DNA of 64,000 nucleotides from positions 40,852-104,851 of the IMG/VR virus record IMGVR_UViG_3300030419_006839. One strand, given 5' to 3'. Origin of the DNA: a virus. Shown piece by piece: positions 43,121 through 53,373 of this stretch. The notes under the pieces are model-generated. The model was not told where the DNA came from, ran no database searches, and saw only the letters and a list, made by a program, of their open reading frames with translations. The translations under genes and the position numbers were made by a program. Position 1 is the first letter of the stretch. Every line of letters starts with the position of its first letter.

Positions 43121-44018
43121 TTTTTTCTCCTTCGTCCTATACTATATAATATCGACAATTTTGAGAAAACTTTAGCCCTTTTTTGAAAAAAAACCACTTT
43201 TTTTTAAATTTATTTTTTCTGGCAATATAGTATTTTTCTTTGATTGGGATGGTTGATGGCGTGGGGGCCATTGCGAGGATGTTAATCCTCGACAATTTTG
43301 TTATAGATTTGATCTACCTTTTCAATTAATAGATTTAGTTTGTGATTTTCTATACGTTTTAATTCTTCTTGCACATTTCCTACATACTTAGCCTGTAGTT
43401 CTTCAATCATATATTCCATACATCCCATAGCATCTAATAATAAAACAAAATTATTCATTACTTTTTTTTCAAAGCTTAAATTTGTTTTATCTTTTAATTC
43501 TCTGTTTTGTTTTCTTATTTGCCATAGGTCATATACTTCTTGATCTTCTTTAGATGGTATTGTGTCATTATTCATTATTGACTCCTTAAGCTGTTGGATA
43601 TTGTTGAAAAAAGTTAATTTCTAATTGTTTATAATCACCATTAGCTTCCTTTTTTTTGATCCACTCTTGTTCTTCATTAACAATTTCTGCTATTTTTTCT
43701 AAAAATTCTAAGTTATTAAACATATGCGGTTGTTCATATATTGATATATTATTTATTTCAATTGGTTTATAACCTTGTAGGTTGATTGTTACATCAACGG
43801 AACTAATCGTGCAATCATCATGTTGATGACCGTAATAATTAAATTCTTCCATAGTAAACATATCTTCGTCAAAATAGTCTATTTCAGGTAAAAAATCTTC
43901 AATCTCAAAAGAATCATTGCATTCTAAAGTTCCAGAAACAAGGCTTGAAACCTCTGTTCTAAAATGGACTTTATTAATAGTAATGTCTTTAGCACTAATT
44001 TCTTGTTTTAATTTTAAA

Positions 44019-44228
44019 TTATCCATAAATATCTAACTTTGCTCCTAAATTTGGGTTAGTAGATTTTGCCTTTTTTCTTTCATGTTTTGCTAAATCTAAA
44101 GTTGCTTCTATCCTTATTTCTCTTTTTGCATGTTGGATTTCATTGTATAATTGAAATTGTTCCAACGTACTAAAGTTTGCTATCCTACTTTGTCTCAAGA
44201 ATCTTGGATTCATGAATGTAGTTATCAT
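44019..44228 (-). CDS. Small protein with YjfB-like C-terminus
   Basis: Ends NPNLGAKLDIYG. Confidence 0.4.
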   Translation of the reverse strand: MITTFMNPRFLRQSRIANFSTLEQFQLYNEIQHAKREIRIEATLDLAKHERKKAKSTNPNLGAKLDIYG

Positions 44229-44853
44229 TACTCACTCCATACTTTAATAGCATTTGATTTAATCTCTGAAACATAAACATCTCCTAAATCATAACTTCCC
44301 CAATTTAAAGGTGATGAAACACCACAAAACCAACGAGCATTTTTATTCTTTGCTTCATTTGTTGGTGATTGCCATTTTTTTAAAACTTTCCAAGTCCATC
44401 CTTCAGCATTTCCAACACCTTTCCATATTTCATATGGTTCGTTTAAATTTCTAGTTTTTGCACAATAGTTTTTCTCTCTTGCCATTCAGTACTCCTTAAT
44501 TCGTTCTTTGTTCCTATTATATAATATCGACAATTCCTAGAAAACTTTAGCCTTTTTTTCAAAAAAAGTGCCTTTTTTTTGATTTAATTTTTTCTGTAAA
44601 ACATTATTACTTTATTATAGGACGTGTTGATGGGCCTGGGGCCATTGATTAGGCTAACATTTCAGATTCCATAATCATCTAAAAAAGTTTGACATATTAC
44701 TTGACATAATTCATCTGTCAGTCTGTCTTTGACTGAAGGTCTATTTGAATTTTCTTGCTCTAAGTCATCGAGGTAGTCATAACATGAATTAGATAGAACG
44801 GTTATAATATCTTCCTGTAGTTGTTCTCTGAGTTCTTTAAGTATTTTCATTGA

Positions 44854-45588
44854 TTATGCCACCTTTCCATACTTTATTTTTTCAATCTGTAATAAATTTT
44901 TAGATTCTCCATTTGCTTTAGCTCCATGATATTCGTAAGCTATACATTCGATATTTTCATTCCAACATGCACGACATTCTTGACATTGACCACCTTGCGA
45001 ACCACTTGGACAAAAATATATACCACTTTCTTTGTTGTCTTTATGCAAACTAAATTCATCTTTAGTTAAGACTACAGAATGTGTTTGATGTTGATTTGGT
45101 TTGAATGGTTTATTCTTAAACGGTGAGCTAACTCTAATGGTTAAATTTTCAGGTTTGTTTACAAACTGTTTTTTATGTTGCCATTCTTTTGTTGGTAGCC
45201 AATGGTTTATATGTGGCGTTTTTCTACAAATCTCATATATATCTGATAAGTGTTGTAAGTCAATAATATCTCCAGCATCAAACCATCTAAAAAATGGAAC
45301 TCGTTGCATTAATTTTGAATTGTTTAGAATAAAAACTACAGATTCTACCCATAATTTTCTATTGGATAAATATTTTTGATAACGATTTTCTAACGCATTT
45401 TTTACATTAGAAAATTTATATCGTCCATTATCTGCATAACATCCAAAACAAGCAGAACCCTCCACTTCGATCAATACAGATCCCGTATCACAATATTCTA
45501 CTGGAATATTCCATGAAAGTGCTGGCATTTTTCCTGCATCGCTTAATCCACCAATATTTTCATTTGCTTGTTTAATTGTAGTTACCAT
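44854..45588 (-). CDS. Gp88-like Cys-rich phage protein
   Basis: KMP..SWNIP, C..GS...SACFGCYA, FRWFDAGD, HWLPTKE, CP...CQECRACW. Confidence 0.75.
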   Translation of the reverse strand: MVTTIKQANENIGGLSDAGKMPALSWNIPVEYCDTGSVLIEVEGSACFGCYADNGRYKFSNVKNALENRYQKYLSNRKLWVESVVFILNNSKLMQRVPFFRWFDAGDIIDLQHLSDIYEICRKTPHINHWLPTKEWQHKKQFVNKPENLTIRVSSPFKNKPFKPNQHQTHSVVLTKDEFSLHKDNKESGIYFCPSGSQGGQCQECRACWNENIECIAYEYHGAKANGESKNLLQIEKIKYGKVA

Positions 45589-45765
45589 TTTATTCCTTTG
45601 TCTTAAGTTTAGGTTAATTGCTTCCTATTATATAATATCGACAATTACTAGAAAACTTTAGCCCTTTTTGTAAAAAAAGTCACTTTTTTTTGATTTTATT
45701 TTTTCCTACAAAGATTGGAATGTTTTGGAAATGGGATGGTGATCTCGCCTACGGCATTGAGAAGT

Positions 45766-46005
45766 AAAAAAAGCAAGCTACTCGCCCCTCGATGTTTACT
45801 TTGAGTCGAAACTCATGACTTATAATCTAAGCCATATTCAACACCTCTTTGTACTTTCGGAGTTTTCACTTGCCGATGAGAGCAACGTCCAAAGAATGGT
45901 AGATCTACGTAGGACTTCTAGAATGTTTTGTAGCGTGGATCAGACGCATCACTCATTATGGAATATCCGCATTCGGATCTTACATGCTTTTAAGCTCATC
46001 TTTCC
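45766..46005 (-). ncRNA. Candidate multi-hairpin non-coding RNA
   Basis: GC-elevated intergenic stretch with at least 5 hairpins including a UUCG tetraloop, ending in a stem plus U run. Confidence 0.45.
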
Positions 46006-46014
46006 TATAGAAAT

Positions 46015-46434
46015 TTATAAATCCATATGGTAACCGTAATCCTCATCTGTACCAAAACCTGCAGATGCTAATGCTTCGCCATCATCTGAATAATCATCCA
46101 CAGTATTTAATGAATCTGTATCATAAAATGCTTGTTGCCACCATGAATTAACTTGATTTGTTAGTTCCTCATAAATCCTTGCTTGAAGGAATTGAAAAAT
46201 ATTTTCACAACTTGAAATAGAAACAAATCCAGAATCAGATTCAAAACCCAAATCTGTATCATCTTTTAAGTATTCGATATACTCCCAATTTGATGTTGGC
46301 ATTTGACGGTCAATTTCTTCAGTAATTAACCTTTCACTGTCAAAAGTACTAAATTCTTCAGCACTCATGTTATCAATTTCTGATCTAATTTCATCACAAA
46401 TATTTTTTGCTAATCTTTCAACTTTAATAGACAT
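46015..46434 (-). CDS. Ocr-like (T7 gp0.3) DNA-mimic anti-restriction protein
   Basis: Acidic; DLGFESDSGF...FLQARIYEELT resembles T7 Ocr DLEFEDSGL...ILQARIYEQLT (recalled sequence). Confidence 0.75.
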   Translation of the reverse strand: MSIKVERLAKNICDEIRSEIDNMSAEEFSTFDSERLITEEIDRQMPTSNWEYIEYLKDDTDLGFESDSGFVSISSCENIFQFLQARIYEELTNQVNSWWQQAFYDTDSLNTVDDYSDDGEALASAGFGTDEDYGYHMDL

Positions 46435-46830
46435 AAATTAAACTCCTAAAAAAATTTCATCTTGACAAGTTTGACACAAACCAGAAATTCTATATTCTTT
46501 TTTTGATATATCATCTCTGAAATTTAGATTTACTTTGTGTGGTTCTTTTGAAACACAAGAATTGTTAGTAATTGATTCTGTTCTATCAAATAGAGAATCT
46601 AAAAATATTTCAATTGGTCTTGATTTTTTAGTTGGTTTCATAACTTACCTCTATTATATAATATCGACAGTTTCAAGAAAACTTTAGGAAAAAATCAATT
46701 ATTTTTTGAAAAAAACTGATTTTTTTTTCTTCAATTTTTGATTCTTTCTTTTTATATCTGACACCTGTATGTAGATTCAAATCTTCACTTTTTAGCTTTC
46801 TATTGACATTATCTGATCGCTTAAATTTTG

Positions 46831-46980
46831 TCATTCAGCTTTACCAAGTTTTATGTTGCCGTTGCTTTCCTCTACTTTTGGATCATCATCTTTTTTGAGT
46901 TTGGCTCGTTTGATTCTTGCTTTGTGCCTTGCAAGTCTAATTCGTTTTTTACGATTCTGTAATTTTCTAGTGTGTTTCAT
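46831..46980 (-). CDS. Very basic 49-aa peptide (not in the ORF track)
   Basis: MKHTRKLQNRKKRIRLARHKARIKRAKLKK...; GAGG SD; directly after promoter 47006-47031. Confidence 0.55.
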   Translation of the reverse strand: MKHTRKLQNRKKRIRLARHKARIKRAKLKKDDDPKVEESNGNIKLGKAE

Positions 46981-47845
46981 ATTTCCTCTTTACCTCTATT
47001 ATATAATATCGACAATTTTGAGAAAACTTTAGCCCTTTTTGTAAAAAAAAGCAACTTTTTTTTGATTTAATTTTTTCTGAGAATACCATAAACCTGTGTT
47101 ATACCTGCATTGGTGTGTTGGAATACATTGAGAACCTTATACATTCCACCCGTTTAATCTTAAATCGTTTAAATGTGATTGTAAAGGTTCCAATGTATCA
47201 GTATTTACTGTTATTATATGGTTGGTTTCAACGACTAAAACATCGCATTCTTGTTTTGACTTACCAGAAAAAGTATTTATTTTTTTTCTGGTAAATTCAC
47301 GAATGGATACATTTTTATTTATTGCTTTACAAAAGTGTGTTGCTACTTTCATTAGAAACTCCTAACAAAATCATGGAAGTCATACGTTGATAATAATTGA
47401 GTCATTCTTTTTTCTATTTCTGTTGCGTGTATAATATCAGCAAATTTTAGGTTTTCCATTATTCGATGATATGCAACTATTGGAGGAATACTGTTGTCTA
47501 AATTATCATACATTAAATTAAAATCTTCCTTCAATTCTGAAATTTGTTCTTTTGTTAGTTTGTTTTCCCATTCTCCAAGCTTCATTCTTTTATTTAAGCT
47601 ACCGCTTTTTGAGAATGATAACATTGTGTCAATCCTTACCTTTGAGGCTTTTCTGGTTAAATCATTTTTTTGTTCTTTAGTAAATGATTTTGACACACCA
47701 TCTAAAACTTTAGAAATAAACTCTTTTGAAATGTTTACTTGTTGGTTTGTTAGATCTGCTAAATTTTGCATGTTTACCTCTTTTGTATACTATATAATAT
47801 CGACAGCTTTGATGGAAACTTTAGGAAAAAAGTGATTTTTTTTTG

Positions 47846-48001
47846 CCCCATTTTTTGAAAAGTTGGCACGATTTATAATCACTTTTTTGCTTTGAATCAT
47901 TTTTTGAATCTTGAAACCCTTGCTATTACTCGCTTTGGCGAGATTGCAAATCCCCTTTTTTCTTTTCACCCTCAAAGAAAGAAAAAAGGGGTTTGTAATA
48001 A
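47846..48001. repeat. 156-bp repeat copy 1 with long hairpin
   Basis: CCCCATTTT...GTTGGCACGATTTATA...ACCCTTGCTAT...ATTGCAAATCCCC...GGGGTTTGTAATAA. Confidence 0.85.
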
Positions 48002-48905
48002 CCTGTAGTTATACAGTTAAGATTAAATCTAACTGACTTAATTTAATAAGTCAGTTAGTTTATTATCCCATAAAATAGTTGACAATCTTGATGCTATTTC
48101 ATATATATGTTCTTCCGCACAATCATTTCCATTTTCGTTTTCCTGAAATTTATATTCACAAAATTCCACATAATTATCATATTCTACCTCTAATAAATAA
48201 GTTAGTATAGTTTGTATATCAATTGATATATCAAAAATTAAATTAGATCTTTCTTGTTCAGTCATTTTCTTCTACTATTTCACTCCATAAAGAAATAAAA
48301 TTTTCAGACTCATAATACATAGATTTATATAGCAAGTCTTGTATTTCATCAATTGGATTACTTGAAGTTTCAATAATCCATCTTGCTATTTTTTCTAACT
48401 GTTTGTCATTGTATGGTTCTTTCATAATTATATACCCATAATCCACTTATCTAAAGCATAATTAAATTTATTCTTTTCTTTTATTGGATCAATTCCAACC
48501 TTATGAAAAGTGTAGTTTACTGAATCATCCATATAGTCATAATACGTTTGTTGATTGTCAAACTTTGGTGATTTTCTCTCATTATTATAAGAATTACAAG
48601 CTTCATTAAAACCATTGAAAATATCTTGAAAAATAGTGTTTTTGGTTGAAAGTTCTTTACCGTTCCAAATTACTTTTGGCATTCTAATATTCTCCTTCAA
48701 ATCTCTCATCTTTAATCATTGTTGCTTGAAATTTTGGGTCTAATTTCATATAGATAGTTTTAGGTTTTGACGGTTGTGCAAGATACATCTTGCCATCATC
48801 ATCAATAAATAAAACCTTAAACCAAATTCCGAGAATTTTAACTTCGTAATTTTCCATATTAGTAATTTACCTCTAATATATAATATCGACAGTTTTGAGA
48901 AAACT

Positions 48906-49067
48906 TTAGCTTTTTTTGATAAAGTTTTTTCCTAAAGTTTCGTAAACTCTTTTCATAAATTTTTCACGATTTTTTCTATATTCCTTAATTCTTTTCTGTT
49001 CTTTAGTTAAACCAATAACATCAATTTTTTCGTGTAAGTTATGAGGGATTGTTTTAATAATATTCAA
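48906..49067 (-). CDS. 53-aa paralog of ORF 50013..50168 (not in the ORF track)
   Basis: TTG start; IPHNLHEKIDVIGLTKEQKRIK...FMKRVYETLGKNFIK. Confidence 0.6.
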   Translation of the reverse strand: MNIIKTIPHNLHEKIDVIGLTKEQKRIKEYRKNREKFMKRVYETLGKNFIKKS

Positions 49068-49190
49068 GTTGTTACCCTATTGGTAAAATATTCTGGTTTA
49101 AATTTCTTGCATCTAAAACTTGTCGGTTCACAATGCACCACTTTCTATAAATATCAGTTTTTTGGATAGTAAGTTTTTTAATTTTTCTTA

Positions 49191-49346
49191 CCCCATTTTC
49201 TGGAAAGTTGGCATGATTTATAATCGCTTTTTTGCTTTGAATCATCTTTTGAATCCTTCAACCCTTGCTATCATTGGGTTTGAGGAGATTGCAAATCCCC
49301 TTTTTTCTTTTCACCCTTAAAGAAAGAAAAAAGGGGTTTGTAATAA
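49191..49346. repeat. 156-bp repeat copy 2
   Basis: Same length and blocks as copy 1. Confidence 0.85.
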
Positions 49347-49381
49347 GGTAGAGAAGGGCAGTTAAGCCCAACTCTATTGAT

Positions 49382-49786
49382 TTACTTATCTATAGTCATT
49401 TTTATTGTAGCAATATATACAACACCACTTTTATCAGTTTCTAGTTGTTGTGTTTCAACCCTTGATTTTTTTAGGGTATTTGTTTGCAAATAATCAGCTA
49501 ATTCTGTTCTTGCCATATGTTTTGCTTTATTTATAGCAAGTTGTACATTTCTACTTCTAGCCTGTTTTATAGTTGTTATTTTCTTTGGTGTTTCTATCAC
49601 TTTAGTTGTTGGTTCTAAAGGCATATTAATATTTTTAGAAGAACATCCAGAAACACATAAAAAAACTATACCTAAAATTAATATTGAACCTAAAACAAAA
49701 ACTGTTTCGATTGCATCCTTAATATCATCTTTAATGCTTGTTCTAATTTCTTGGTTTTGCAATTGATTTCCTTGATACATTTTCAT
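49382..49786 (-). CDS. LPP20-like lipoprotein
   Basis: Lipobox VSGC; 'ARSRNVQLAINKAKHMARTELA'. Confidence 0.5.
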   Translation of the reverse strand: MKMYQGNQLQNQEIRTSIKDDIKDAIETVFVLGSILILGIVFLCVSGCSSKNINMPLEPTTKVIETPKKITTIKQARSRNVQLAINKAKHMARTELADYLQTNTLKKSRVETQQLETDKSGVVYIATIKMTIDK

Positions 49787-50604
49787 ATTGCTTCCTCTTA
49801 TCTAATCCAGTTTGGGTTATCTTTATAGTGAAATGATTTTTTCCAATCCTCAAATTTTTCTGCTTGTTTGTCTATTTCATAATCTTCTATTGCATCCCAT
49901 AATCCTTCAACTATATCATGGAAAATATTTTTTTCATTTTTTGGCCTTAATTTTCCATTCCAATTAATTTCTAAATTGTTAGTAATCCCTTCTATTTTAT
50001 ACATTGTTATTCCTATTTTATAAAGTTTTTTCCTAAAGTTTCGTAAACTCTTTTCATAAAGTTCTCACGATTTTGTTGATATTTCTTGATTCTCTTTTGT
50101 TCTTTAGACAAACCAATAACATCAATTTTTTCGTGTAATTTGTGGGGTATCGTTTCAATAATTTTCATATTTTCCCTTTGTTCTCTACTATATAATATCG
50201 ACAGTTTCAAGAAAACTTTAGTAGTTTTTTACAATGAAATGTAACTTTTTGATGAATTAAATAACCAATTTTCAACTAGAAACTTATCAATTAGATTATT
50301 TCTATATGCGTTTAGAAATTCCTCATCAGTTACAGATAACAAACAATCATCCCATGCAAAAAAAGTATTTTCACCATCTTCTATTTCATAAACTCCATTT
50401 TCCCTATCTATTTTCGTGATAGCATAATAACGACTTTTTCGGTCTATGTTTCTAGTTGGAATGGTTTTTACGATTTGGCGAATGCTGTGGTTCATAATTG
50501 TATTTCCTCTTATACTATATAATATCGACAGTTTCTAAAAAACTTTAGAAAAAAAAACAACTTTTTCAAAAAATTTTCCAAAGTAAAAAAATAATTTTTC
50601 ACAC

Positions 50605-50760
50605 CCCCATTTTCTGGAAAGTTGGCACGATTTATATTTGTTTTTTTGCTTTGGAACATTTTTTGAATCTCTAAACCCTTGCTATCACTGGCTTTGCCGT
50701 GATTGCAAATCCCTTTTTTTCTTCTCACCTATAGAGGAAGAAAAAAGGGGTTTGTAATAA
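50605..50760. repeat. 156-bp repeat copy 3
   Basis: Same length and blocks; compensatory change in the stem. Confidence 0.85.
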
Positions 50761-51228
50761 GCTACCCTAACACAGTATATCCACATTCTCACTTATAGAT
50801 ATATACACATCTTTTTACTTCTTGCAAATTTAATTATGTTTTGTTATTATTTGCAAATAAACTTAATACTAGTTGTAAGTGTTAAGACATTTAATAAAGA
50901 GGTTTTTATGAGTTTTGAAGAAAAAATAGAGTCTTATGAGAAGATTACTAAGAAGTTAGAGAAATATGATAGTCCTGATTTTAATTTGACAAAAGAATTT
51001 TTCAAAGAAATGAATTTTAATTTTAAAGAAGGGTGTGAGATATTTTATTCTAGTGAGTCTGGTGATAAAAAAAACTTAAAACGTGCAGAAAGGAAGTTAG
51101 ATAGAGCGATTAGATCTGCTGAAAAACTAGAGAGTATTTTGTCTAGTCAGCAAAAGAGTTTCAGAAAAACTGTAATCAATTCTAGTAAGGAAAAAGAAAA
51201 ATCTACTGGACAGACTTTTTGATAAACT

Positions 51229-51261
51229 AATCATATGTGGGAATAACACCCACATATGATT
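51229..51261. terminator. Hairpin between convergent genes
   Basis: AATCATATGTGGG-aataaca-CCCACATATGATT, perfect 13-bp stem. Confidence 0.7.
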
Positions 51262-51774
51262 TAACCTCCCTTCATTATGTTTATCTTCTCTTGATACGTT
51301 AATTTTTCCCACAACTCTTTTTTATCATTTTTATCTTTTTCTTTACCTGAAACAATTTCTATTAGGCTTTTGTTTTTTTCATCCTTTATTGTACTCAGAA
51401 ATTCACATTTATATATCTTTACCTCAGTACGAGAACTTGGTTGTAGGAAAAATAAAGTTGAATCAGTTCTTAATGGGTATTCTGGATGTAAGTAATTGAT
51501 AGTCTTTCCTTTGCTTTTTATATCCACCTCTATAGTCTTTTTAATATTGTTATGTAGCCACTTGTTTTCTATATCAAAACCTACGACCACATTACTCTTG
51601 TAGTTAGATATATTGGACAACTCATTTTCAAGAACACATCTGTTGATTTTAATGATAAAAGTTTTTTTGTATGCATTAACAAACTCATCTAGATCAAATA
51701 GATTAATATTAAATCTATCAGTAAACACGTATTTCATTTATTTACACGACTCCTTCATATTAATTTACATAGTA

Positions 51775-51804
51775 AATAACACAATTATAGATAAAATATT
51801 TACT
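51775..51804 (-). promoter_or_regulatory. Class II promoter
   Basis: AGTAAA-N17-TGTTATT upstream of ORF 51737. Confidence 0.6.
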
Positions 51805-51987
51805 AAAAACTATGTTATATATATTATTAAAACAAATATTTATAAAAAAAAGTAAATTTAAAACAAACTCTCCTGAAAAGATGGTGCTGTGAAAAAATAT
51901 TTGATTTTGGATATAGGCTTATACGCTTTTTTCTCCGAAATTGTTTTTTACTCTTTTTAGGAGTTGATGTCATAGGAGTACAAGTAA

Positions 51988-52539
51988 ATGCAAGATAATG
52001 GGTATAGAAAATCATATTTTGAAGGATATTTGTCAGCTTATAATGATCTAATAACTAAAAAAATCAATAGAAAAAAAGTTTCTAAGTTTATAACAGAAAT
52101 GAAAGAATGGTCAGGTGTTGAGTTTGATGTGTCTAGATTAAATAGAATAAAAGAAATGCAAATACCTTCTATAGAAAGATCTAAATCTTATAGAGAAGTG
52201 GATCTTAAACCAGGATTTGTTTATTTTGTAAGAAAAAGAGGTACTGATGAAATTAAGATTGGTCATACAGTTAATATTAAGAGTAGGATGCAAAGTATAA
52301 AGACAGGTGTAACGGGAGAATTAGAATTAATTTTTAAGGAAACCTGGGAGTATAATAATTCTAAAAGTGGATCGTATTGGGCAAAATATTCAGAGAAAAA
52401 TTACCATTCTCTCTTTTCTAGTTATAGAATAAAAAGAGAATGGTTTTTACTGCCAAATATAGATAATTATATTTCTGGATCTTTGTTCAATAAGAAAGAA
52501 TATGTTTCTAGCCTACAAAGTAATGACCCTAGAAGTTAG
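51988..52539 (+). CDS. GIY-YIG/T5orf172 domain protein
   Basis: GFVYFV...IKIGHT...RMQSIKTG...EKNYH..F...RIKREWF. Confidence 0.85.
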   Translation: MQDNGYRKSYFEGYLSAYNDLITKKINRKKVSKFITEMKEWSGVEFDVSRLNRIKEMQIPSIERSKSYREVDLKPGFVYFVRKRGTDEIKIGHTVNIKSRMQSIKTGVTGELELIFKETWEYNNSKSGSYWAKYSEKNYHSLFSSYRIKREWFLLPNIDNYISGSLFNKKEYVSSLQSNDPRS

Positions 52540-52753
52540 GGTCTAACTTGTTATAGAATCAATTATTTTTTGAATGATTTTTTCAGTTAGGGTATCTATA
52601 AACTCATCTGTTTCATCCATTAATTTTTCTAGAACCATTTCAACGACTTTTTCTACTAATTCGTCACCTTGATCCTGAATTTCACTTACAACTTCATCTT
52701 TTAGCTTACCAGCTAAACTACTAGCTAAATCTCCAAATCCCATTACTTACCTC

Positions 52754-53365
52754 CTATATTGATATAGAAAAATCTTTTTCTTTTTTTACATGTATTACAT
52801 GATCTGCATGTATTTGTATGTCTTGTTTATGAGAAACCATTATGATTTGAATACCCAATCTTTCACAAATTTCGCTAATAAAGCTAGATGCGTTTTCCAG
52901 GTACTCCAAACTAAGAAACTTCAAAGGCTCATCCAAGATTATTATTTTAGATGAATTTTGAAGATGAATAAAAATAATACGAACAACTAAGGAAATTATA
53001 TCGTTTATACCACCTCCTGATGATTTTTGTGGTGAAACTTCAATACCCTCCTCTGTTAAAAACACCTCTACGGCAGGTTGATTCCTGTATGTAGAAATTT
53101 TTATGTTGAAAATTATATCCTTTTCAAATATTTTACTTAAAGCTTCTGTGATTAGTGAGTTGAAGATTGAACAGATTTGACCTCTGTATTTTTCTGAAAC
53201 AGCGATTAAAAAATTCTTTAATTCTTCGTATGTTTTGTCTAAGTTTTCTAATTCGGAAAGGTTTGTTTCATATCGAGTAACTGATTTTGATAACTCACCA
53301 ATCTCTCTTTCATGTAGGTTAACTTCATTCAAGATATTATTGAGTTTAATTTTTAAATTTTTCAT
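52754..53365 (-). CDS. SbcC/Rad50-like ATPase, C-terminal half
   Basis: Coiled coil, signature SSGGG, Walker B IIILDEP, H-loop MVSH; no Walker A. Confidence 0.82.
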   Translation of the reverse strand: MKNLKIKLNNILNEVNLHEREIGELSKSVTRYETNLSELENLDKTYEELKNFLIAVSEKYRGQICSIFNSLITEALSKIFEKDIIFNIKISTYRNQPAVEVFLTEEGIEVSPQKSSGGGINDIISLVVRIIFIHLQNSSKIIILDEPLKFLSLEYLENASSFISEICERLGIQIIMVSHKQDIQIHADHVIHVKKEKDFSISI

Positions 53366-53373
53366 ATTGATAT

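Larger units (their letters stand above)
39455..50495 (-). other. Early/host-takeover region: many short co-oriented hypothetical ORFs in promoter-headed modules
   Basis: Dense 50-150 aa ORFs on the - strand with SD sequences, punctuated by repeated promoters. Confidence 0.7.
42035..50547 (-). promoter_or_regulatory. Array of 11 class I (sigma28-like) promoters
   Basis: TAAAGTTT-N10-GTCGATAT at 42035-42060, 42215-42240, 43149-43174, 44524-44549, 45635-45660, 46661-46686, 47006-47031, 47797-47823 (1 nt longer), 48883-48908, 50195-50220, 50522-50547; each sits shortly before an ORF start, most with an A-tract upstream. Confidence 0.85.

Noticed and set aside
45975-46005. Hammerhead ribozyme (GAUGAG...)
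   Set aside because: Lacks the CUGAUGA core with a correctly placed GAAA.
42035-50547. Recurrent ~30-bp repeat as a CRISPR array or integron attC sites
   Set aside because: Spacing is irregular (180-1400 bp), intervals hold ORFs with SDs, no cas operon or integrase is present, and dispersed copies conserve only two boxes, as promoters do.
47790-50728. ORFs 47790-47975(-), 49120-49320(+) and 50510-50728(-) as a paralogous gene family
   Set aside because: They are read-throughs of the 156-bp repeat and promoters; the - strand ORF is not called in copy 2, and conservation is structural.
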